Assembly: GCA_964481135.1 (NCBI GenBank) | Contig: CAYZSW010000001.1 | Span: 7,963 to 71,962, forward strand | Origin: an uncultured Candidatus Saccharibacteria bacterium | GTDB lineage: Bacteria; Patescibacteriota; UBA1384; JAMDBS01; DAOVQR01 | Direction of reading: 5' to 3' | Length of the DNA stretch: 64,000 bases | In this document: positions 40,032 to 49,326 of the stretch, in pieces | Layout of the letters: the number at the start of each line of letters is the position of its first letter | How positions within the stretch are numbered: the stretch's first letter is position 1 | Translations under genes and position numbers: made by a program | Notes under the pieces: model-generated | Database searches by the model: none | What the model saw: only the letters and a program-made list of their open reading frames with translations | Told to the model about the DNA's origin: nothing

Positions 40032-42230
40032 TTATTTTTTCTCCCAAATATCTTTTCTAAATATTAAGTATGCAAATCCGCCAGTCAATAAAATCGCAAG
40101 TAAAATATTAAACCAAAGCGCTGACCCCGTAGAAACTAAAGTACCTAAGCTAGAGCCATCTTTAATGCTTGTTGTAATTGAACAAGATTCTGTTGATACT
40201 TTTACTTCATCAGACTTCATAGATTTTTCACCTGCAGCATTATGAGCAATCACATAATAGCAGATTTCTACATCACAATTTAAACCAGTAAATACATAAC
40301 CGGTATCAGATGTTGATGTAATATATTTTCCAGTACAATCGAAAATATCATATCCTACGGCACCATCTACAGCATCCCATGTTAAAGTAGCCATACCTCC
40401 ACCGTTATAAACAAGCTCAATGTTTTCAGGTTTTTTGTCAGAAATATCCTGACCAGTTGAACACTTACCAGTGTTAACACTGGCTGTATTGCTAGGATTA
40501 GATTCCAATTCCTCATAACCAGCTGTTACATAATAACCGTAATTTGTTTCACAATTAAGTCCATCGATTACAAAACTCAAAGTATTCATATCAACTTGTG
40601 CTATCAACACTCCGCTTTCCGCGTTATAAATTCTATAATAACCAACACTGCTTCCTTCTAGTTTGTTCCATGCCAATTTTATTGAACTATTGGAAATCGG
40701 GGTGGCGGTTAGATTAATAGGTGATGGAGGGGGTGTCGGTGATACAGTTGGACTGGCCGTTGGACTAGATGTTGGGGTTAAAGTTGGAGAAGGTGTTGGG
40801 GTTATGCCACAATAAGTTTGCATACATTCTGTTCCATCTCCATATTGCGTACAATCAATTCTATATGCCCATTTAAAATAAACTGGTCCACCTGGAGTAT
40901 CAGTAGTCGCATCACACCCATAAACCTTTGTTCCTTCACATTTAAATTGACCTGATTCACATTCTGAGGGTGGAGTAACTGTTGGTGTCGGTGTTGGTGA
41001 CGAAGTTGGTGTCTCTGCTGGACAATTTAAATTTTGTGCTATCATTTCATTTGAATCGGCATATCTACCAGCACCAGTAGAGTTAACATATTTTGTCTGA
41101 ATTTTATAGGAAACATTATCATAACTTGGATAAAATTCTTCATGGGTTAGTGTAGATTCTTTATAAATAGTTGAATTGGTCGCAGACCACTGATTATTAG
41201 TTACAGATGATTTTACATAAGGCTGATAATAGTAAAAAGTGTATCCAGAGTAAGGAGTACCTTTTTGCCAACTGAGAGTATTTCTTTGTCTTCCAACTGT
41301 TGGATATCCACTAACACAAGTGGATTGAATTTTATTTAGAACAGGACTTTCATTGGCAGGAGTAGGAACTGGCGTAACACTTCCACATGAATTAGCGTAA
41401 GTTTCATAACTTCTATATGTTTTTCCATCGGCTTTATTTTTTACATATACTCGATAAGTGTAATTTGTAGATCCATCACTAAATGTATCTGTATGAGAAC
41501 ATTGTCCAGAAGAATTACATGGCCAAGTGGAAGTAATCGGTCTTTGATTAATTTGTGGACTACCAAGTGTAAATGTGCCACTCCCTGTTCTTCTCTGAAC
41601 TGTTACCCATTCGTATTTATCCCAAGGATTTGATCCTAAATTCCAAGTAAGTTGATTAGTTTTATTATTACAATTTTGATTTAAATTTAATGTAAAAGCA
41701 TTTATACATACATTTGGGTCAGTTGATGAAGTTGTACAGGTTGTACTTGGAGTTGTAGTAGGAGCGGGAGAAGTTGTAGGACTAACAGAACAAGATGCGA
41801 CCTGAACTGGACCATGTCTTTGACCTCCAGTACAATTACATTGAGCTGAAAAACTTCTTGAAAGAGAGTCTGCTGGTCCCCAGACACATTGTTGATCTCT
41901 TAATAAATTTTGGCATTGACTAATAGTTGACCATTCTGCGGAATTACCTAAACGAGTATAATAAGTACACTTACAGGCAGAAATCCCAATACCGGGGTTA
42001 ACTCTTAATGTGTCTGTTTGCATTCCGTTTGCACAAGTCGTTACAGCAGTCAAATTATTATTAGTAACAGTTCTAGTGGTACTCGCCCATAAACTAATTT
42101 TTCCTGTTTGATTGGCCCAAACTAGCGTTGCAAGTGAAAGAAAAAATATTCCTAAAACTATTACTAAGTAAGTCTTGCTCTTTTTAGTAGCAAATAATGG
42201 CTGATGCCAAATTGATTTTTTTTCTGACAT
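40032..42230 (-). CDS. large Cys-rich surface protein with Ser/Thr/Pro linkers and a C-terminal LVSTG-type cell-wall sorting signal
   Basis: Signal peptide, many Cys, TPTSSPTPTPT linkers, Ig/FN3-like repeats. C-terminus is LGTLVSTGSALWFNILLAILL...FRKDIWEKK. GC-richer than the backbone. Confidence 0.6.
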   Translation of the reverse strand: MSEKKSIWHQPLFATKKSKTYLVIVLGIFFLSLATLVWANQTGKISLWASTTRTVTNNNLTAVTTCANGMQTDTLRVNPGIGISACKCTYYTRLGNSAEWSTISQCQNLLRDQQCVWGPADSLSRSFSAQCNCTGGQRHGPVQVASCSVSPTTSPAPTTTPSTTCTTSSTDPNVCINAFTLNLNQNCNNKTNQLTWNLGSNPWDKYEWVTVQRRTGSGTFTLGSPQINQRPITSTWPCNSSGQCSHTDTFSDGSTNYTYRVYVKNKADGKTYRSYETYANSCGSVTPVPTPANESPVLNKIQSTCVSGYPTVGRQRNTLSWQKGTPYSGYTFYYYQPYVKSSVTNNQWSATNSTIYKESTLTHEEFYPSYDNVSYKIQTKYVNSTGAGRYADSNEMIAQNLNCPAETPTSSPTPTPTVTPPSECESGQFKCEGTKVYGCDATTDTPGGPVYFKWAYRIDCTQYGDGTECMQTYCGITPTPSPTLTPTSSPTASPTVSPTPPPSPINLTATPISNSSIKLAWNKLEGSSVGYYRIYNAESGVLIAQVDMNTLSFVIDGLNCETNYGYYVTAGYEELESNPSNTASVNTGKCSTGQDISDKKPENIELVYNGGGMATLTWDAVDGAVGYDIFDCTGKYITSTSDTGYVFTGLNCDVEICYYVIAHNAAGEKSMKSDEVKVSTESCSITTSIKDGSSLGTLVSTGSALWFNILLAILLTGGFAYLIFRKDIWEKK

Positions 42231-42259
42231 TTTATCCCTCCCTATTGATAGAAGCAGAA

Positions 42260-42697
42260 TTACGCAGATAGTGACGCAGAAGTACGCGGAACTTTACTGC
42301 GAGCTTTATCATAAACTCTGCGTATTATTTCTAACTTTTCCGCTCCAAAATTTATTAATAATCCTAATTTATATTTTGAACCTTTTAAATATAACCAAAA
42401 TTGTCGCTTATCTTCTTTAGTTATAAATGGTTTGCATTTAAGTTCTAAAAGAATTTTATCATTTATTATTTTATCTGGTTGATATATTCCAACCTTTTTA
42501 TTATTGAAATAAATATTAATTTTTACTTGATTTTTTACTTTAAGATTTTTGTTTTCTAGAGCAATAGTTAATGCCCTGTCAACAATTTTTTCTTTAAATG
42601 CTCCACCAAAGCATTTCCATACTTCAAAACATGCTCCTCTGACCTTGTAAGTTATATCTTTATAAAGTAATTTGTCTTGATTCATATGCTTCTGCAT
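42260..42697 (-). CDS. GxxExxY family protein
   Basis: GACFEVWKCFGGAFKEKIVDRAL signature. Flanked by imperfect inverted repeats rich in CTGCGTAATT and ACGCAGATA. Confidence 0.7.
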   Translation of the reverse strand: MQKHMNQDKLLYKDITYKVRGACFEVWKCFGGAFKEKIVDRALTIALENKNLKVKNQVKINIYFNNKKVGIYQPDKIINDKILLELKCKPFITKEDKRQFWLYLKGSKYKLGLLINFGAEKLEIIRRVYDKARSKVPRTSASLSA

Positions 42698-42775
42698 TAT
42701 TCTGCGTAATTATCTGCGTTTATCGGCTTCTACAATTTATTAAATCAAAAATATTAATATTTCACAAGTGGATAA

Positions 42776-43876
42776 CTATTTATTTTTTTTCCAAATATCA
42801 TCTCTAAACATTAAATAACCTATAGCCGAGGCCAGTAAAACTGCAAGTATAAGATTAAACCATAAAGAAGAACCTGTAGAAACTAGGGTTTTTAAATTAT
42901 TTAAACCAATCTCGCCTGAACTTATAGCATTAATATCGTCTTCGTTGTTGCTTTGATTCACACTAGTAATAACCTTTCCACCTGCCATATAAGTTCCGTC
43001 ATCTAAAAAACTATCATCCGACGAACCTTCTTTGCTCGTTTCAAAACCTAAATTATCCATAACCTTGTAATTAACTCTAATATCACAACCATTTAAAAAT
43101 GGAGTTAACCTGTTCGGAGAAAGGGTTTGTCCTAGCATGATTCCATCAAAATAATCTATTGGAGTAAATTCAATCACCGAATATGCTCCGGGCTGATTAG
43201 TACCTGCGTAATAAATATCACCATATTGTTGACAGTGTGCGTCGAGATCTAAATCTGGAATTTGATCAAAATCAAAACCTCTAGGTTTATTTTGAATTAC
43301 TCCATAATATGTATCGTATCTACCAGCATTATCTTGTTTATCCCCTTCTTTAGGAGTTGGAGCGTTGTGATAATTTACATCTGGCAAACGCCGATTCCCG
43401 ATTTTTGTTTTTATATTTTTAAAGTTTTTTGGATCATAAAAGTTTGGACTAATTCCTGCAAATATAAAATTCGGCAAGACATCAAGAGATGCGTTAATAT
43501 AATCCCATTTTCCGTTTTGTATACATTTTAAATATGGCGCCTTATAAACTAAATCCCCATCTATTTGGTGATAATCGAAATCTCCCATAGTGTAAGTAAC
43601 GGTATATGGTTGATTTTTTTCTAAATAAACAATTTCAGGTATTTCGACTACATCTTTTGCTAAATCAAAAAAACATTTTTCTGTAATCTTTTTGTTGTCT
43701 ACTATCATCTTTCCACTAATACATAAAGTACCTGGTGATTTATTTAAGCTAGCACTAATTTGTAGCAAATTTTTATGATTTAAATAAATTAAAACTGCAA
43801 AAAAAATTAATATTATTGATATCAAAACAAAACTAATAGTTTTAATTTTTTTATTTATTGGATTACTCACAATCAA
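42776..43876 (-). CDS. surface protein, paralogous C-terminal sorting signal
   Basis: Signal peptide. C-terminus is LKTLVSTGSSLWFNLILAVLL...FRDDIWKKNK. Confidence 0.55.
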   Translation of the reverse strand: MIVSNPINKKIKTISFVLISIILIFFAVLIYLNHKNLLQISASLNKSPGTLCISGKMIVDNKKITEKCFFDLAKDVVEIPEIVYLEKNQPYTVTYTMGDFDYHQIDGDLVYKAPYLKCIQNGKWDYINASLDVLPNFIFAGISPNFYDPKNFKNIKTKIGNRRLPDVNYHNAPTPKEGDKQDNAGRYDTYYGVIQNKPRGFDFDQIPDLDLDAHCQQYGDIYYAGTNQPGAYSVIEFTPIDYFDGIMLGQTLSPNRLTPFLNGCDIRVNYKVMDNLGFETSKEGSSDDSFLDDGTYMAGGKVITSVNQSNNEDDINAISSGEIGLNNLKTLVSTGSSLWFNLILAVLLASAIGYLMFRDDIWKKNK

Positions 43877-43915
43877 TCCTCCTGAATTATAAACCTCAAA
43901 ATAATTATTATATTA

Positions 43916-44494
43916 TTACTTTTTTCTTTTTTTCCAAATATCTTCTCTAAACATCAAATAGCCAATTGCCAGAGCAAGTAACACCGCAAGTACAAGATTA
44001 AACCACAAAGATGCGCCTGTAGAAATTAAAACAGCTGGATTTTTATGATAATCTGTTGGAAAATACAACTCTTCGTTTTCTAAATCCATTGGATCTGAGT
44101 ATATGGTTGGATAAGATATTGGGGAAATCTGTAGACAACAACAAGATTTACCCGCACCAAGAATTTGATCGTCTAAATAGCAATCTTCTGTTTGCCCAAT
44201 AGATATTTCCCCTTCTAGACAAATTTGCGGATCTTCTATAATTGGGTATTCTCTGCAAATTCCTGTTTCGTATCCCCTACTTAGACATTTTTCTTGACAA
44301 GTGTCGATAATAACAGTTGGCTGTGGAACTGGTGGGCTTGGGGTTGGAGTTTCCATAATAGGCACATACACATCAGCGGCAATTTTTAACTTTTGATTTG
44401 ACCCATACCAAATAATTACAGCTAAAAAAATTAAAAAAACACCTATTATAAAAAGCCAGGTCGTTTTAGTGTTATTTGAAAGTTTATTTTTCAA
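43916..44494 (-). CDS. small Pro/Cys-rich surface protein, paralogous C-terminal sorting signal
   Basis: TTG start after GGGAGGGG. C-terminus is AVLISTGASLWFNLVLAVLL...FREDIWKKRKK. Confidence 0.55.
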   Translation of the reverse strand: MKNKLSNNTKTTWLFIIGVFLIFLAVIIWYGSNQKLKIAADVYVPIMETPTPSPPVPQPTVIIDTCQEKCLSRGYETGICREYPIIEDPQICLEGEISIGQTEDCYLDDQILGAGKSCCCLQISPISYPTIYSDPMDLENEELYFPTDYHKNPAVLISTGASLWFNLVLAVLLALAIGYLMFREDIWKKRKK

Positions 44495-44787
44495 TTTTCC
44501 CCTCCCAGGTAGTAGAAATTTGATCGCTTTCTTAAAAATTTTCTATTCCTAATATTAATATTATAATATATTTATTCTTTGATGTTTTAATTTTATTATC
44601 AGATGCCAGAAAGCTTAAATTTTTATCAAATTTTCACTATCTGGCTCCGCTTGATCAATAATTGATACCATTTATATTATCTGATATTATTAATTTGATG
44701 TCAAATATATTATTATCAAAGTTTTATTTATTTTTGTAAAAAATTTATGCTAGCAAATATTAAATATTGTATTAATGCGGAGGAATT

Positions 44788-45309
44788 ATGAAATATCAAG
44801 AACATCGGGTAGGCATTTTTATTGATGTGCAAAATGTTTTTTATTCTGCAAAAAACTTATACGGTGCGTATCCTGATTATGGAAAAATATTAAATAAAGT
44901 TGTTGAAGGTAGAAAGCTGATTTGTGCATTTGCTTATGCCGTAAGAGCATATTTGCCAAAACAAGAAGATTTTTTTTCAGCACTAGAAAGTGTTGGATTT
45001 GAGGTCAAAACCAAAGATTTGCAGGTTTTCCCGGGTGGTATTAAAAAAGGAAATTGGGATGTTGGAATTGCAGTTGACATACTCCGTTTTTCTAAAAGAG
45101 TTGATGCAATAATTTTAGTTTCAGGTGATGGTGATTTCGCAGATCTTTTAAATTTTTTAAAACACGAGGGAGTTAAAACAGAAGTTGCTGCTTTTGGTAA
45201 AACATGTAGCGCAAAATTAAAAGAAGAAGCAGATGAATTTTTAGATTTAGACGAAAATCCAAAAAATTATTTAATAAAAAAATATTCAAAGTATAAATTT
45301 AAAAAATAA
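44788..45309 (+). CDS. NYN-domain (LabA-like) protein
   Basis: VGIFIDVQNV...ILVSGDGDFADLL pattern of the NYN/LabA PIN-like fold. Confidence 0.75.
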   Translation: MKYQEHRVGIFIDVQNVFYSAKNLYGAYPDYGKILNKVVEGRKLICAFAYAVRAYLPKQEDFFSALESVGFEVKTKDLQVFPGGIKKGNWDVGIAVDILRFSKRVDAIILVSGDGDFADLLNFLKHEGVKTEVAAFGKTCSAKLKEEADEFLDLDENPKNYLIKKYSKYKFKK

Positions 45310-45325
45310 ATTATTTTTGTCAAAT

Positions 45326-45364
45326 TAAAAAACGCTTTAGTTAAATATAAGCGTTTTTTAATTT
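45326..45364. terminator. bidirectional rho-independent terminator
   Basis: AAAAAACGCTTTAGTTAAATATAAGCGTTTTTT between convergent genes. Confidence 0.7.
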
Positions 45365-45369
45365 TAGAT

Positions 45370-45795
45370 TTATCTAGTTACTGAAATTGTAACGCCTAAT
45401 TCTGCTCCGGGAGCGTTTACAGTAAGACGACCATTACCGTCTTGACAGACAGTATAGTCGGTTCCACTTGGATCAGATGGCATCGAAGAAACATAAGTTG
45501 GCACTGTGGCATTTGACATATTTGCTGCGGCAGTTGTTGCAGGACAAGTAGCTATAGCATTGCCCGCATTGTCAGTTGGCAAGTTACCATTATTGTCAAC
45601 AGCATTTTGATGAATAGCATTTAAAATAGTATTTGTGTCATTGCTGCGTTGAGAATTTCTTGATTGAGCAAATTGTCTTGCTGGATTAACTGCAATTAAA
45701 ACTATTACAGCTAATATTGCAATAATTCCAATTACAACTAAAAGTTCGATTAGTGTGAACCCTTTTGTTTGAACAAAAGACAGATTTTTTTTCAT
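45370..45795 (-). CDS. pilA: type IV pilin (candidate major pilin)
   Basis: MKKNLSFVQTKG / FTLIELLVVIGIIAILA class III signal with Glu at +5, and a C-terminal Cys pair. Start taken at the second Met, after GGAGGGAAA. Confidence 0.75.
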   Translation of the reverse strand: MKKNLSFVQTKGFTLIELLVVIGIIAILAVIVLIAVNPARQFAQSRNSQRSNDTNTILNAIHQNAVDNNGNLPTDNAGNAIATCPATTAAANMSNATVPTYVSSMPSDPSGTDYTVCQDGNGRLTVNAPGAELGVTISVTR

Positions 45796-45849
45796 TTTCC
45801 CTCCTAAATACGCAAATCGTATAACACGAAAATGCATAAATTATTTTTA

Positions 45850-46059
45850 CTATTGTTTATCTAATTTTAATTTTACTTCATCTAATCCTTTTATGTCAAT
45901 GAAAGAATCTGAGCCGATGTTTTCTGGCGCTTTATTATATTTACTAACAAACATACTTAAAGAATATAAAAAATACATAAAAATAAAAAGTCCCGATAAT
46001 ATTGTTATTACCAAAATTAATTTTACCTTTCGCTGATCTTTATCTGAATTATCAATCAA
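45850..46059 (-). CDS. hypothetical small single-TM protein in the pilus cluster
   Basis: 69 aa, overlaps pilO by 8 nt. Confidence 0.4.
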   Translation of the reverse strand: MIDNSDKDQRKVKLILVITILSGLFIFMYFLYSLSMFVSKYNKAPENIGSDSFIDIKGLDEVKLKLDKQ

Positions 46060-46582
46060 AATATACCTCCGTTAAAATCTCCGCTTTGACATTATCTTTT
46101 ATATTACCCGAATCGCTAATTTTTATTGCCTTTATCGTAACTAGAATATTTCTGTGATTAGATAAATTATTAATGAAACTCATAACATTTTCGGTATAAC
46201 CAGAAACAGTAAACCTAGCAGTAATTTTGTGACCTGAAATCTCGGATTCAAATTTTGTTGATAAATCAACTTTGTTATCTTTCGCCATAGCTTCGATTCT
46301 TGAAATAATATTTATTGCTTCATCCTGATTTGGCAATAATTGATTAATATATTCCACATCGTTAGATATTTCTTGATAATCTTTTTGAAGTTTGTCTAAG
46401 TTTGCTATTCTGTCCCTAAGGGCAATTTCTTGTTTTTGTTTTTCTTTATAATTTTCTATCTGCTGATTAACCATTAAATTTCCTTGCATAAGAAGAAGGG
46501 TTGTAATTAATATAAAGAACACTAACAATAAAATTGATTGGCTGAATTTGATTGAAATTTTTTTGAATTTGTATTTTGGCAT
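46052..46582 (-). CDS. pilO: PilO-like pilus assembly protein
   Basis: N-terminal TM helix, coiled coil and a ferredoxin-like C-terminal region; sits after the PilM/N gene. Confidence 0.5.
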   Translation of the reverse strand: MPKYKFKKISIKFSQSILLLVFFILITTLLLMQGNLMVNQQIENYKEKQKQEIALRDRIANLDKLQKDYQEISNDVEYINQLLPNQDEAINIISRIEAMAKDNKVDLSTKFESEISGHKITARFTVSGYTENVMSFINNLSNHRNILVTIKAIKISDSGNIKDNVKAEILTEVYFD

Positions 46583-46609
46583 AAGTATTAATAATTATTT
46601 TTATAAAAA

Positions 46610-48001
46610 CTATTTTAATGTTGTGGATAACTCAAAATCTACATCCTCATTTTTTTCTAAAGCAGTGATGGGTAAATTAATTTGGTTCATGAAATTTAAT
46701 TTGTTTAAATTATCTTTGAAAATAATTAGATCATTTCTACTTTTAGCGACACCTTTAATTTTTACATTTTTGTTACTTTCAATATTTATTTCTTTTAATG
46801 AAATATTTGAATCTGCGGAATCCATAATTTCTTCAATAAAATTTGGGTTGAGTGAATTTTCTAAAGGAATTGATTTGATTGTTGCAATTTTTGAATTAAA
46901 TTTTTTTATTTGCGCCTCAAGCTCTTCTTGTTTTGAACTGGTCTCAATATTTTGCAATTGAGCATATTCTTTACTTAAATTTAAATTATCGTAATAAATT
47001 TTTCCCCAGATAAACACATACGACAAAGCCAAAAAAATTACAAACAATATAAAATAATTTACAATACTAGAAAGTTTATAATTAATATTTTCATTTTTTG
47101 CATTTTCGCGAACTTCTGTTGGAGATAAACTAAGGTCTTCTAGCGAGAGGTTGAGTCCTAGATTGTCTATATAAGAAATATATTCCTGTTTAATATTTCT
47201 AATAATTTTAATATCGCTAGAATCACCTATCTTAATATTTTTTCCAATAGTGCTAATAATTTTTTGTTCAATATCAGAAAGATTTGGCGGACCAAAAATT
47301 AAAATTTGTGCAATATCTTCATTAAGATATTTTTTATTGTAATAATTAACTGTTTCTCCTATTATTCTCTCTAATCCTTTATAATTTGAGTCAATATAGC
47401 GTGATGTACTAAAATGAACATCTTTATTTTTTGCAATAACTATTGAAATATTGTTTGTTCTTGATAAATCAACTATTGCTATCAATTTATCTGAACTAGA
47501 CAGCAAACCAGCAAGTCCAGCAGAAGGGAAGGTAATAACCAAAGGTTTACATTTAGCTAAAACCAATGATTCAAAAAAACTATCTACAATCTTTTTTTCA
47601 CAAGCTGCGATAAGAACTATTAGTGCATTAGCTTTAGTGCCAATTATTTTCCAGTTGAAATATACTTCTTGAAGTTTAAAAGGAATTACTGATTCAATTT
47701 GATAAGTAATGGCAGAATCTACCTTGCTTACAGGCATCTTTGGAATCTCAATTGTTTTCAAAAAAACTTTTTCTTCTGGCAGTGCAGCAATAACTTCTGA
47801 TTGAGTGATTTTTTTAGGTTTAGCTTTTGATTTTAATTCAACAATAAGATCAGAAAAAATTTTAATTCTTTCGATTTTTCCTGCATTAACAACCCCTGCC
47901 GGTATATTGGCAGAAGCCACAGAATCAATATTTTTGCCAGTAATTTTACACAAACGAATCACATTGTTTGAATATGTTAGTGTAAAAAAATTGCGTTTCA
48001 T
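46610..48001 (-). CDS. pilM: PilM (actin-like ATPase) fused to a PilN-like TM and coiled-coil region
   Basis: Actin/HSP70-fold N-terminal 330 aa, then a TM helix (IVNYFILFVIFLALSYVFI) and a coiled coil. Confidence 0.6.
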   Translation of the reverse strand: MKRNFFTLTYSNNVIRLCKITGKNIDSVASANIPAGVVNAGKIERIKIFSDLIVELKSKAKPKKITQSEVIAALPEEKVFLKTIEIPKMPVSKVDSAITYQIESVIPFKLQEVYFNWKIIGTKANALIVLIAACEKKIVDSFFESLVLAKCKPLVITFPSAGLAGLLSSSDKLIAIVDLSRTNNISIVIAKNKDVHFSTSRYIDSNYKGLERIIGETVNYYNKKYLNEDIAQILIFGPPNLSDIEQKIISTIGKNIKIGDSSDIKIIRNIKQEYISYIDNLGLNLSLEDLSLSPTEVRENAKNENINYKLSSIVNYFILFVIFLALSYVFIWGKIYYDNLNLSKEYAQLQNIETSSKQEELEAQIKKFNSKIATIKSIPLENSLNPNFIEEIMDSADSNISLKEINIESNKNVKIKGVAKSRNDLIIFKDNLNKLNFMNQINLPITALEKNEDVDFELSTTLK

Positions 48002-48134
48002 TGTCGGATGCCCCTCCCTGCACAGAACTACACAAATATGAACACGGATTATACACTAAAATTGATAGTTTCATCACAAGAGCAACTAATCAGTGTATTA
48101 TTTTGTGTTCCCGCCTGTGTGAATTTTGTGTGTT

Positions 48135-48596
48135 CTAATATATTTCTTCGATATTATTAATAATCAGAATTCCGCTTGCATTAAAAGTAGCTAAAGCTTC
48201 AACTTTACAGATGTATCTATTGTTATTAACACGGCTTACAATGTTTATGTTTTTTGGGTTATCCCCAGTTATATCTATTATAACACTTCCGTCATCAAAA
48301 ATTAAGTTTGTGCCAGCAAAAGATGGATCCCGCATAATTCTCAAAATGGATTCATCTATTGCTGATATTGCATTGTTGTAGGCCTCGTCAGATTTTTTTA
48401 AATTAAAACTCATATCAGTATCAATTAAAACATTTTGTAAAACAACAGTTACTGCCAACAAAGCAACGGCTAAAATTACCATAACAGCTACCATGGCAGA
48501 ACCCTTTTCACATACAGAACCACACAAAAATGAACACATATTTACACTCTTCTTATGTAACTTTAATTTATTTATTGATGGTAATTGATGTGTCAT
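48135..48596 (-). CDS. hypothetical membrane protein, possible minor pilin (PilX-like), start uncertain
   Basis: N-terminal hydrophobic helix but no canonical GFTLIE. An alternative start ~48494 (MVAVMVIL) follows an AAAAGGG RBS. The annotated start sits inside a CA-rich repeat. Confidence 0.35.
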   Translation of the reverse strand: MTHQLPSINKLKLHKKSVNMCSFLCGSVCEKGSAMVAVMVILAVALLAVTVVLQNVLIDTDMSFNLKKSDEAYNNAISAIDESILRIMRDPSFAGTNLIFDDGSVIIDITGDNPKNINIVSRVNNNRYICKVEALATFNASGILIINNIEEIY

Positions 48597-48624
48597 TTTG
48601 TGTTCCTATTTGTGTTGATTTGTG

Positions 48625-49119
48625 TTACTTAAGGTAGTATGTTGTTTCAAATTCCTGCGAAATATCACGCTTACCCTCAACCTCTCCAATAAAATTAATA
48701 TTTATTTTAATTTGTATACTAGGCCTGCCTCCGACATTGGCAATTTTACGAAATTCTAAACTTTCTACTTTAACTTGGTTTGAGGTAACATTATCAAAAT
48801 CACCGCTTTCTGATCGAATTAATGTACCCGATATCAAACCATAACTCACATCTCCAGCTATTAAATTATTTGTTGGGTTGTTATCGTTTGGCACATCGAC
48901 ACTACTTGCATTTTGCAAATCACGAATAATTAACTCTGTGACAAACCTACCATTTTTTTGAATTTCAAGTCGTGCAGTTTCTTCTTGAGAAAAATAACTG
49001 GCAGTAATTAATAAGTTTGTAATTATTAAAAGAATTATCGATAAAAGCCCCATATATATAATGGTTTCTATGAGGGTGAAACCACCTTCAAATTTTTTTC
49101 CACTTTTATATTTTTTCAT
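48625..49119 (-). CDS. pilin-like protein with prepilin-type N-terminal cleavage/methylation domain
   Basis: KFEGG / FTLIETIIYMGLLSIILLI. Confidence 0.65.
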   Translation of the reverse strand: MKKYKSGKKFEGGFTLIETIIYMGLLSIILLIITNLLITASYFSQEETARLEIQKNGRFVTELIIRDLQNASSVDVPNDNNPTNNLIAGDVSYGLISGTLIRSESGDFDNVTSNQVKVESLEFRKIANVGGRPSIQIKININFIGEVEGKRDISQEFETTYYLK

Positions 49120-49326
49120 AATTAAATAAAATTTCTAATTTTTCTAATTGATCTAATTATTCTAAACAAATACCAAACTATAATTTCTAATGTCTAAATG
49201 TATTTTCTCTTTTTTGTTATTGGTGTTTGGGTCATTTTTTAGGTTAATTACCTGCCCGCCATTAGCTATCGCTTCAAGCGATTAGCAGGCGGGGAAATTA
49301 GGTTAATTAGGTTAATTTCTACTCGC
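49120..49326. repeat. repeated leader element, copy B
   Basis: GAAATTAGGTTAATTAGGTTAATTTC, a CCTGCCCGCC...GGCGGG hairpin and TTAGAATAATTAGATCAATTAG, ending in CAATTAGAAAAATTAGAAATTT before an ATG. Confidence 0.5.
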
